64,000 nucleotides of DNA from Utricularia gibba (taxonomy: Eukaryota > Plantae > Magnoliophyta), in contig NEEC01000018.1 in the NCBI GenBank assembly GCA_002189035.1, positions 806,001-870,000 of the forward strand, written 5' to 3'. Under the pieces are notes generated by a model, which saw nothing but the letters and a program-made list of their open reading frames with translations, did not search any database and was not told the DNA's origin. Position numbers and translations under genes: made by a program. Shown here in pieces: positions 27,052 through 38,113 of the stretch (positions are counted from its first letter, which is position 1; each line of letters begins with the position of its first letter).

Positions 27052-27577
27052 TGGTTGGAGATCACGAGAATCGGCATGAAGTATAAATCAACAATCCAAA
27101 TGGATTGATTGGGATTTGCAAGAAAACTAGCTATGGGTCATAAATCGATGCTAAATCCCAAATCAACTAAATAGAGCAGAGACTATTTACAGATAGCAAA
27201 TTGGCTTAGGGGTTCTCAATAATCGGCTACGGTGATAAAGGAGATAGTGTTGAAAAGTCTTAAGGGCCACATACTAATCGGAGTTTAGAGTAGAAAGCGG
27301 TTATTTGTTGATAGACCATAAACAAGATCAAACCAATCTTGTCAAGTGCAGAAAAAAGTAACTAATTTTCTTAAAAATCGATTGATCGAGATTGCCTTAT
27401 AAATAGGATCCCAATTTAGAAGAAATTCATTTTGCGCTCATTACACACTTTGTAATATCCTTCTTTCCTCTTAATAAAACTCATTTTTTAGTGAGAACCC
27501 CAATTCCATGGTTTTTTATTATGGCGATTTTCATGTAAAAAATCTTCGTTTAATTTCCCTTTGATCTCCAAACAACA
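27052..27577 (+). mobile_element. Ty1/copia-type solo LTR (~526 bp)
   Basis: Termini TGGTTG...CAACA; TATAAATAGG at ~27397, followed by TGTAAT...AATAAAA and a copia-like U5 (ccatggtttttt...ttttcatgtaaaaaatctt). Flanks CAAAT/TAAAT match at 4 of 5 positions. Confidence 0.65.
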
Positions 27578-27657
27578 TAAATCAACATTTAATCTAGGTA
27601 AAATAGTTAATCATCAATTCAACCCCCAAGAACCTACACATCACCCCTGTAACAATC

Positions 27658-29014
27658 TGTGGCAACACCCTAGTTAGATGGACCGTTATTACGCGTGCGT
27701 GGGTAGATTGATTGCAGCGACACACTCCGCCCGCACGGGATTCTTGTGCTGTGTCTTGTGCACATGCTTGGTGTCACCCACGCACGGTGTTCAGTTCTCA
27801 CCATGTTTGTCCGTGCACAAGGTCCTAAGTAATTTGAGTGGTTTCGTAAAACAAATCAACCTTTATTCATACTTAAGTAAATAGTCAAGGTTCAAGCAAA
27901 AAGAAAATAAGGAAAACTGCAACATACATTATTCATATGAATCAACCAAAGTACTACCTTGAACACCATCACTTGGCTACCTCACCCTCATCATTTGCTG
28001 TGCCTACGCCATCCGTTCCTTTGTCCCCAAACATTCCTACAAGACGCATAAGGGTTATTCTCGTGTGATACTCAATCCTACACCTAAGCACAAAGAGACA
28101 ATCATGCAATTGATCCGCATAACATCTAGTGGTGACCCCTAGGTCACCTTGCTCCACTAATGCCTCTTGAATGGATCCGAGGATTCTCCCAAGATTGATC
28201 TATCAATCTCGTATGCTCGGAAGGCTCTTGACAGCATGAGTCCCATGCAAGCACCTTGCCTTTGAGTTGGGGTGGCCATCTCTCCAACCCTTCCCTTGAT
28301 TGTATCGATCAAATATATTTTGACTCCCCTAGTTCCTCAATCGACCTATTCCATTGACACACTTCAACACTCATGTTAGTCCCCAAAATCGTATAAAAAC
28401 CCTTTATTGGAATGAAGAATCGTTCTTCCTCTTCTTGCTCTAGCTGCCCGCAAAGTAAGAATGCGGGAGAAAAAGAAGTGGCTTCATTCCTCTCCTTTTA
28501 TAGAGGTCCCTCTCCTTATGCTCGTGTTATGGATATTTCCATATCTTCAAAGTTTGATCTCCCTTAAATTTAGGAAACTTCCTATTGACCGAATCCTTGC
28601 AATATCTCATCATTGTCCATGCGCCTGCATCTTGCTACACATGCCATACCACATCCGGTGCATGTTGCATACCGCATCCCGTTTGCACTCAATGCTCAAG
28701 CGACGCATCTTGTGTGAGTCACCGCCCGCGCTTCTATCCATGCATGCTATATTCATTTCACTCTCATCATGTGCATTGCATGCACACTTGCACACTTGCT
28801 ACCCTTGCTCGCACGTTATCCCTATCCATGAATGCCCCCATACGGTGTCTGCTCTGCTTGACAAGATGTACGATAGCCTCTCTCGCCTCATGCTACAACC
28901 TCTCGTACTTTCCTTGGACATCCCTCGATCCAACAATCATGTTTCACGTCAAGATCATGTAGATTAGGCTAGGTTTGAAAAAAAACGTCAGTACCTCTTT
29001 CTGAGATCGCCACA
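27658..29014 (-). mobile_element. Ty3-type LTR (1357 bp)
   Basis: Termini are TGTGGC...GCCACA. On the minus strand a TATA box (ctctataaaagg, ~28493-28505) is followed by pyrimidine-rich U5, and a polypurine tract (ATGGGGGAGG) abuts the 29014 end. No TSD (caatc vs cctcc). Confidence 0.7.
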
Positions 29015-32000
29015 CCTCCCCCATCCGATTTTAACCACAGTATTTTGACATCTACCGTGGGGCAAATTTATTGTCCCACTTGACAATCCACAAAAATTGT
29101 TTGCTAACCTCGTGATATGGAGAATCTGAGTACCACCGTAAACATTGACAATGAAGAAAGTGCACGTGTGGAAGACCTTGGTTCGATGGTTATAAATGGG
29201 AACAACTAAAGACTCTAATGATAGAGATATTCTCAGATACTAAGAGATTGTTGGGCCTTAACTCCAATGTGCAAAAAGAAACACCGGAAATTGCTTGGAG
29301 GGTTGGAAAGCAATTGACGAGATAAAGAATAATGAATTGAGGAAGGAGTTGGAAGAAATTATGTCAAAGAAGAGGGAAATCGGCCTACAAATGGACTGAT
29401 GATCAAGAGGAGGTTGGGGATTTAGTGATGTTTTCCATTAGAATGTGTCCATGGAATGCATAGATGTATTGGTCAATATTGATTTGGCCTCAAGAGCAAT
29501 GTCGAAGGGTTGTTAGGAGCAATGACCCTGCATTTCGACACATTCTCGGATGACTTAATGGAAGAGAAACCAAAGAGGAGATTCAGAATCCCAAACATGA
29601 GAATGATGACGTTGCGGCACTCCTAAACCATGAAGTGTAAATCGTTCTCTTGTTCACTCAAAATGGGAGCAAAGACCTAATTTAAGATATTGGAACTTTG
29701 CAATGTAAGATCTTTCAAGGAGTTAGTCTTGCTGTTCACGACTCAATATGCGGTTTATAATGAAGCCCCTCTACCAAGATGGTATTGTACTCAATTTGGC
29801 ATGATCACTGAAAAAAAAACTTACAAAAAATTATTGACTAGTTCAGTTGCCTAGTATAGGATGCTTAACTTGATTTGAAGGAATGAGTTGAGATCATGAA
29901 GTGGGTTTTGAGCACTTCAAAGTTGGAATAGAGTTTATCGAAATTTCTATTGAAAAATTTATATGAACTACTACGGAAGATTATGAAGTACATATGAGTT
30001 GCGATCATGAAGTGGGCCATGGACACTTCAAACTCAAGTAGCCATCAAAACAAAAGAGCACTTTATTTTCGAACTAGATATTGTAGGGAAATCATTGAAT
30101 CATAATAAATATAAGAAGTGACATACCTGAATCTCCACTATTTTCCTTATCTCACTCATGTGCAACGGTTGGAAGACAATGAATTCATCTACTCGATTCA
30201 TAAACTCCAATAAAAAAGGTTTCCTTGCAAAGTCTATCACCTTCCTTTTCATCAAATCATGAACAACGTCGTTTCTAAACACTGTGTCTTTTAAAGTTTC
30301 AAGGGTGTGATAGGATCCAGTATTAGAAGTCATAATCAGAATATTATTTCTAAATAAAACTTTTCTTTCTTGAAAATCCATGATCCTTGCATCATCTAAT
30401 AGCTACATAAATCATACAGTACTACATTTCAAATACCAATAAGTTTATCAGGTGGAACTCATTTAGATAAACACCTATTGCGAGATTCACAAATCGTTAG
30501 GACACAATACTCTTCAATTGGGCTTGTTGCTCGAAATGAACAACTTGTCGCCATAACTGGAATTTGTGGTTATACAAAAGTCGAAAGATTTCTCATCTAC
30601 CAAGGGCTTTTTTGTAACATAATGAAGAGAGAAGTCATCAAGTTTACGGAATCTTTCAAGGAGGGGGAAATTCATTGAATTACTATGGAATTATATGCAT
30701 TCAATCAAAGAGCGGTTCAGATGGTTGATATGATAACCATGCTTGTGACATTCGACACTGTTGGACGAAGCAGAACCAAAAGACTAGAAATCTTAATTTT
30801 GGAGTCAAAAATATCTTATATTATTCTTAATCGGCCAGGGATCAACCAGTTTGACATGGTTCCCTCAATTGTACATCTCAAGATCAAATTCACAATCTCA
30901 AGGAAAGTTTGTAACTTGGATGTTAATAAAAAAATGGTGCAATCCTACTACTTGTCATCATGCCAGAATCCATGTTCCAAGAAATTGAAAGTAACGATGA
31001 TGGAAAAAGAATCTAAGAAAATACCAAAGCAAGTTATGAAATTGGTGGGACACAAGGAGTTGTAGCTATCACTGAAACTTAGTATTCAGTCACTAAGAAA
31101 TTTATACTGGCCTTGAAGATGACAGCAACCAAGTTAAGATGTTATTTTCTGGATCGGCATATTGTTGTATTTACTAATCAATATCTGAAGAACATACTCT
31201 CTCGTGTGGAGATAGCAAGAAAGATCCCCAAATAGGTTGTTAAATTAAGCATCATGGATATTGAATTCATAACGAGGATGACGACTAATGTTCAACCTTT
31301 AGCTTATTTTATTATTGAGATGATGTGACCAAACGAACGATTTGTACAAGTTAATGATAGATGGACTATGCATATTGATGGATCGACTCATAATGAAGTT
31401 GGAAGATGGAATATATATCAAAATTTTGTAGTTAGATCATATTTAAATGACCGTGAAGTCCTAATTTCCAGCTTCGAACAATGTAGCCGAATACAAAGCC
31501 CTAATTGAGGGAATGAAGATAGTCAAAAAAATCGGAGTCGCAAAGCTTGACATCTATATTGATTCACGATTATTACATGGATAATTTTGCGACAAATTTG
31601 AGACTCATGATTCATTGGTGGCCTTGTAGTGTGGTAAGGTGAAAGAATTGATGAGATCCTTTAAATAATTTACACTATCTCATGTGGTTTGAGAAAAGAG
31701 TATATCGATCGACAACTTGATGCAATTAATTACAAGATTCTAAGATGTAAAAGAGGGAAGTGTGATAATTCAGCTACAAGATCAACCCTCTATGATATTA
31801 CAGACTATCGATCATATATCTCACCGATCGATGAATGACATTTCTCATCAATTGAATTCTCCTTTGATATGGATAGATTCATATATTAAGTTTTTTCAAA
31901 TTGTGGAAAAATCAATTGGTAAGTTGGAGCTCAAAAACTTGAGATTGGATCAAAATGGTTGATGTAACCTTATACAAGAATTCTTTTGATGGACCTTTGT

Positions 32001-32570
32001 TGAAACGTTTTTATAAGAAGCAATCCTAATATCTCATTATTCATATACACGAAGACAAATGTGAAAATTATATCAGTACATGCTTCATATGCCCTAAAAT
32101 ATTGAGTGGATATGATTGATCAACCATGAAGTGAGATGTCACCGATCAAGTAAAGAGGTGCAAGGTGTGCAAGTGCCTGCAAATATACCCAGAAAATTAG
32201 TAAACAACTTAATAGTCAAATCGTTATCTTGCTCATTCGATTAGTAGGGAGTTAATATTATGGGACTGTTTTCCCAAGTCCCAAGACAGAAAAATTTGTG
32301 ATTGTCGTTAATTGAATAATTTTCCCAATGGGTCGAGGCTGAAGCCATTGCAAAAATCTCCAAAGAATTGGTTATTTGTTTCATTTGGAGAAACATTTTT
32401 ATCCAATTTGGTTTCCCCCTGTTCTTGGCCTTTTAAAGAGAACAATCTTCTTCCAACAAGGATCGATAATGAAAAGGTCAAATACTTTGACAATATGATG
32501 AAGTTATCAATACATGACCAAGTTGATGGAATCACCATCGTAAAAGGCTGCAAGCTCTAAGAAACAACAG
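29015..32570 (+). mobile_element. Decayed Tat/Ogre-type Ty3 internal region (PBS, RNase H, archaeal-type RH, integrase remnants)
   Basis: TGACATCTACCGTGGGGC at 29046-29063 differs from the tRNA-Lys PBS TGGCGCCCACCGTGGGGC by four transitions. Also present: DRHIVVFTNQYLK and VQPLAYFI (RH, ~31150-31310), NVAEYKALIEGMK..IYIDS (aRH, ~31480-31570) and WVEAEAIAKIS (integrase, ~32325-32360). Confidence 0.75.
30127..30402 (-). pseudogene. Orphan exon of organellar ClpB (ClpB4/Hsp100-like), NBD2 region
   Basis: An open 92-codon exon bounded by tag| and |gtatgt reads LLDDARIMDFQERKVLFRNNILIMTSNTGSYHTLETL...MKRKVIDFARKPFLLEFMNRVDEFIVFQPLHMSEIRKIVEIQ. The ClpB consensus is LDDGRITDSQGRTVSF..IMTSNIGS...FRPEFMNRIDEYIVFQPL. 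No other ClpB exons were found in the window. Confidence 0.85.
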
Positions 32571-32611
32571 AAGCAAACAAATTTCTCCAGTAAACGTTTA
32601 ATTATAAATGT

Positions 32612-35600
32612 GAGTTTTTTACTTCAAATGTATCTAAACTTTAGGTTACTTACATAAAATATATCTAAATTTTAATATTTACAACAATTTTTTTTAAATA
32701 TTTATTTTCTTTACATAAAATATGATTTATGAGCGTGTTTTACATGCTACCATAAATTTTAGCCTGCTAAAATTTTACCAACCAAAAAAATTCTTCGACA
32801 AATTTCCAGACATCACACTAGAAGTTAGGACCAAAGAGACTATCAGGAATTAGATAAACAACAATTTAGAAGATAGATTGTGACGAAGATACTATTTGAT
32901 GGTTCAAAAATTGATAATAACTCAACATTGATTATTGTTATTTTGCATTATTGAGCATCTTTTTTTGTATACCTTACTATTTGAGGCTATACGTATAATT
33001 CTTTTGTTTTTGTTCTTTCACAATTTCTTCTTCATAATTTTAAAAATTTATTTTTAGGCAATGCTTGAAATTTCAGAGTACCAATCAATTTTGTGTTGTT
33101 GTACTATTATGAATGTAGATTCTTTTTCTCATGAGACAAACTTTTATATTTTTAGATTCCAAAGCACAAATGGTGAGTCAAAGTAACAGTTAACTGAAAA
33201 GAACATCTCTTTATGGTATGTTTTTTAATATATTTGGAGATTTATGAATAAAAATAAATATAATTATTCAATGTTTTTCTTTATTTCATTTTGAGTATGT
33301 TATAGTTGGATTATGCATGCATAGATGAGAAAGTATTGTATTGATAACTGACTATTGTTATTTTTTGTGTGATTTGTTATGGATACTCAATTATCAATTA
33401 TGCATAGCTCGTACTTATTATCCACAGAAGTTTATAATAGTTACGTATTATATAGGTAAGTTGACGGTGAAGTCAAGTTTCAAATGGATATCATGAAAAT
33501 TGAGTACTTTGATTTCAGTGAATTCGAATGGACTAACTTGAAAAGATTGTTTCAATGTGCGCAAGAGTCAGAATATTCAAATACAACATATATTAGATTT
33601 TGGTATAAGAAAAAAGAGACAATGAGTAATGGATTGACGTTGTTAGAGATTGATCAACAAATTATGGAGTGAGAGAATTATTTTGATAAAAAAGACAAAT
33701 TCATGTATATATTAGTTGATGAGGACACTAAAGAGATGTAATTTGATTTAATTCATATGATTGGATAGAGAAAAGGATATAATTTAGAAATAGTAAATGA
33801 TGAAGTACCTTTTTTGGATTCTAGTATATGCAATCACAACATTGAATTTTTTGGACAAATATTGAAAAGGAAAATGTTACACATGAGACATTCATTGACA
33901 TAGAATATAATTCGGAAGTTGATGAAATTTTGGGAATTAAAATCACTCATGATAAATCGAGTGATGATGAGAATCAAGAAGACAACCTTACAATAGGGAT
34001 TATGGATGAAAAAATAAATTGAGGTACAAATGTTTTGGGAAGTAATAGATTAGAAGAAGAAAATGATGATAACATAAAAGCATAATACATTAGACACATT
34101 TTCAATGGTCTCAATGAGCTTGATATTGGTGATTTAGAGGAAGATCTAAATAGCTAATAATTTTGATGATGAGGAGGGATCCAAATATTTTGTCTATGAT
34201 GTAAAAGAATTTAGAAAAAATCCAGAACTTTTGAAGGTAACACTCTTTAATACTAGAGATGAAGTTAAATATGTAATCAGAAGTCACTGTATATGGAAAA
34301 TACATACAATCAAATTTGTATGGATTGATTTAAAAAGAGTAAGAACAAAGTGTATAGGAGATGATTGTTCTTGGTATATATCTACATGTTGCGTGTCATT
34401 TCCTCAATAAATTTTAAATATTTAAAACATAAAACACAAAAGAGCGTAGTACGAGTATCGATCTCAGGGAGTTGTTTTTCGTGAAAAGTGTTTTGTAAGA
34501 AACTTCTACAAAATGTCACGGTTTTGTAAAAAAGGGTATGTGAAAAGCAGAAATAAAAGTTACAACCTAAGTGATGGGCCTTGATTACGGGACGCAGTTC
34601 CTGTGAATAAGATTCCGTCTTCTTCCTTTGTCTATCCTTGCCTCGGTTTTCACCGATTTCTTCCGAATAGCTGGTTATAGGAGCAAGGAATAGCCTACTC
34701 TCCCTTACACTCTGATTAACAAGGAGGCACGGGAATAGACTCATGTGATTCCCCATTGGACGATTGAGAAGACAAGAGGACGCCTTCGATTGCCTTCAAA
34801 ACCAAATTGCGTCCGTGTGCCCAGTTGTTGCCAATGGCCAGTGGCAGGTCCGAAGTCACAACCTGTCCGTTATCGCGGTACCTAAGCCACAAACAATCCA
34901 CTACTTCCCTCGAATCGGTAGAATTGGAGTTGGCACTTTTCACCTTGATCTTCATCAAAATCTACGAGGAGTGACGTGCTACTCATGGACCTTGACTAGG
35001 AGTCGTTATAGAAAGACTGCAACAAGATACGTGGAAGTATGCAAAATCTGTATTGAATTCAGCGAAGAACCGAGTGTAGTGCTCAAGACTTGGAAGGAAA
35101 CTTCATTTTCTCCCAAAAACTAAAAGGTTTTAACCCGAAAGGGCTATGAAAACATAAATGAAAATGGAAGTTAAGTGTTCTTCCTCCTTGGAGGGGAGGA
35201 AGAACTCAAAAGTTTTAAGTCTGGAAAGGAAATGGCAAAAGTCCATAACTAAGTGTTCCAAGTTGCTTTTATATCACTCCCCACGTTCATTAACTCCTTT
35301 GGGTCCCCTTCTCATCATTCCTTATGTCTTGCATACACCACTAGCTTTACTTTGTGTGCAAGTTAGCGCCCAATCATTGTTGCAAACTCTGACATTCCGT
35401 AAATCAGGGACCTTGACCAGTGTCAGTCTTCTGCTCACAATCGTTCCAAGTCACGTCTAAGGCACGAAAATTCAGAGTCTGGCCTCCTGCTACACTCCTG
35501 CAGTCTTCTAACATGTCTCGGTTAAAGTGTATGAAAAAAAAGACATAAAATATATACAAAATAGAAAAATAAGATTTTTCTTGGGAAATCAATTTCTTAT

Positions 35601-37855
35601 CAATATTCCTAATTAGAAGACTTAACACATAATAATACCTAATAAATAACTAGAAAATAACACTTAATACTACATCTAAGGAAAGTGTTGATATTGCATG
35701 GCAAATCAAATCATTTGATGAGTATCATAATCATGTTTGGAAGAAATTTATCACATGGAAAGAGTAGCTATTTATGGTTGGGACGAACGTTTCAAAAAAA
35801 GTTTATAGAAAATTCGTGGGCTATATATTCTGAAAGTTGAAGTGCAAAGTATCATGGATGAAAGCATATCTAACCAAAAAATATGCTCTTAAATTGATTA
35901 GAGGATAGTATAAAGAACAATTTTTGAATATTTTTATCTATTTCAAAGAGCTTTTAGGGGCAAATAAAGGTTCAACATTAAAAGTCAAATTTTCTGAAGG
36001 GAAGTTATCCTATCAACACTTTGAGGGTTGCTATATATGTTTCAACTCCTAACTGTTGTATCTACTGATCGCAATATTAATATTTTTCCTATGGCATTGC
36101 CTGTTGAAGAGAATGAGAATAGAGAAGCTTGGAGATGGCTTCTTGAATTACTCGTAAATGATACTGATATTAGGCAACATAATAAGAGATCTTACACATT
36201 TATTTCAAATAGACAAAAAGGTATTATTCCAATAATTGAAGAAATTTTGCCTCATGTAGAAATAAAATATTGTGTATAACACATATATGAAAATATGAAG
36301 AATGATTGCATAGTTTGAGGACAATCTATTAAAAATAGTATGTGGAAAGCTGCAAAATATACAAGAGTGCAAACTTTTGAACTTACAATGAAGAAACTCA
36401 AGAAGCTTAATTTGAATTGCTATAATTGATTGATAAAAATTCCATCAAAGCAATGGTGTAAAGCATTTTTCTCAACTTCATCAAAGTGTGACATGCTATT
36501 GATTAATGATTGTGAATGTTTCAATTTATTCATCCAAGTTGCAAGAGATCAACATATCATTAGCATGCTTGAAACAATAAAGAATCTTGAAACAATAGTA
36601 AGAATTCACTCCAATAGAATAAAGGTTAGAAATTGGATTGGACTATTATATCATAATATTCAAAAGTTGCTTGAAAAAAATATGTGAAGCATGCAACGAT
36701 CTTCCTTTACTATCAAATGAGTTTTATTGTCAAGTTGGAACTCAAAAGGATCAGTATAATGTAGATTTGGTGGGAAAGAAATGCAATTGTAAACAATGAC
36801 AATTAATTAGTATTCTATGCACACATGCTACATGTGTGATCAAGTATGTGGGATATGATCCATTTAATTATATCGATCTAATGCTTTTCAAAGAAATGTA
36901 CCATGTTATCTATGCTCTATCATTCCGTGGTATTGATTCTATGAAACTGTGGATGCCAAGCGATAGAATTCCACTACTTCCTCCTATTTTTCTTAAGAGA
37001 GTTGGTAGGCTAAAAAAGAAAATAATAAGAGCACTCTGTGAGCTACCATCCAAATAATAAGTGTTTATGTTATGATGAGTTTAGACTAATATTCATAAAT
37101 GCGAGAATTATTTAATGTTACATACTGAAAAAAAAATTCCCAAAAAAATGGTATGTTTTCTTATTTTTCTATTCTTTAAAATATGAAGTGTACTTTATTT
37201 AATTCTTCATCCTAAAGCTAATAAATTCAATTCTACATTATATAGGGACGACCATGCTCACAAAATCCATTTGCAACTTTGAGAAGTAGAAGATCCTAGA
37301 AAACAAAAAAAACATTTAAATGAATATAATGTTTTCATGAAAAAAAATGAATATTATTTATGTCGATGTTATGTTTTCATAGTATTATGAATATTTCTTT
37401 TGTTTGATTTACATCTTATTATGTGGAATTATGATATTATTCTTATTTAAAATGAATTTGTATCTTTTATGTGGATATCATTATGACATGCACTAATTAT
37501 TTATTTTAATGAAATGATTTATATTTTATTCATATATAGGAAAAGTGTAATATTTTCTGCCATAGATAGTTTTCTAGAGCTATCACTTTTTGGTGAACTC
37601 AATTCTACAACATTACAAGAAGCATTATTGTAAGAAATTTGTTTAATTAATTTATATGTATATAAATGGTGCACATATTTTTATTTAATGCAATTTGTAG
37701 TATAATGATGGGAAGATTTATGATCAAACAAAATTGTGAGAATTATATTTTATATTAGAAAAATGAATGTTTAAAAATATTTGAAGTAAATATGAAAGTT
37801 TAAATATATTTAATGTAAATAACCTAAAATTTAGATATATTTGAAAAAAAATCTC
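32612..37855 (+). mobile_element. Decayed MuDR/Mutator element with ~90-100-bp TIRs and 9-bp TSD
   Basis: Termini are GAG...CTC. Left ttcaaatgtatctaaactttaggttacttacataaaatata matches the reverse complement of ~37805-37845 at 37/41. TSD TATAAATGT/TACAAATGT matches at 8/9. Transposase remnants include FQLLTVVSTDRNINIFPMA, FISNRQKGII and a SWIM-like CNCK..ILCTHA, with many stops. Confidence 0.85.
34387..35669 (-). mobile_element. Solo LTR (1283 bp) nested in the MuDR transposase remnant
   Basis: A perfect 5-bp TSD CTACA lies at 34382-34386 and 35670-35674. Termini are TGTTG...TAATA (CA changed to TA). Removing the insert restores the reading CSWYISTSKESVDIAWQIKSFDEYHNH. Orientation is inferred from a TATA-like motif at ~35265-35274. 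Confidence 0.8.
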
Positions 37856-38113
37856 TACAAATGTTATAATATAATTAAATTGAATTTGAAGAATAAATAA
37901 TATAATTCATATTGGATCCAATTAAATTGATTAAATAAAAAAAATCCACTGCATTAGTGAACGGAGAAGCCACAATGCGTCCAGAAGCAAACGTTTTCTT
38001 TCACATAAAGTTACAGAGAGCAAACGCGACACCAACCTCGAGCCAGAATCAGTCTGTCTCCAGTTATCACTCTAAATGCATAGAGCTTTGGAATATTACA
38101 AATGCTCCATTCC

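Noticed and set aside
28461-28967. 168-aa His/Cys-rich ORF
   Set aside because: It lies inside an LTR with catgc-rich repeats; a compositional artefact.
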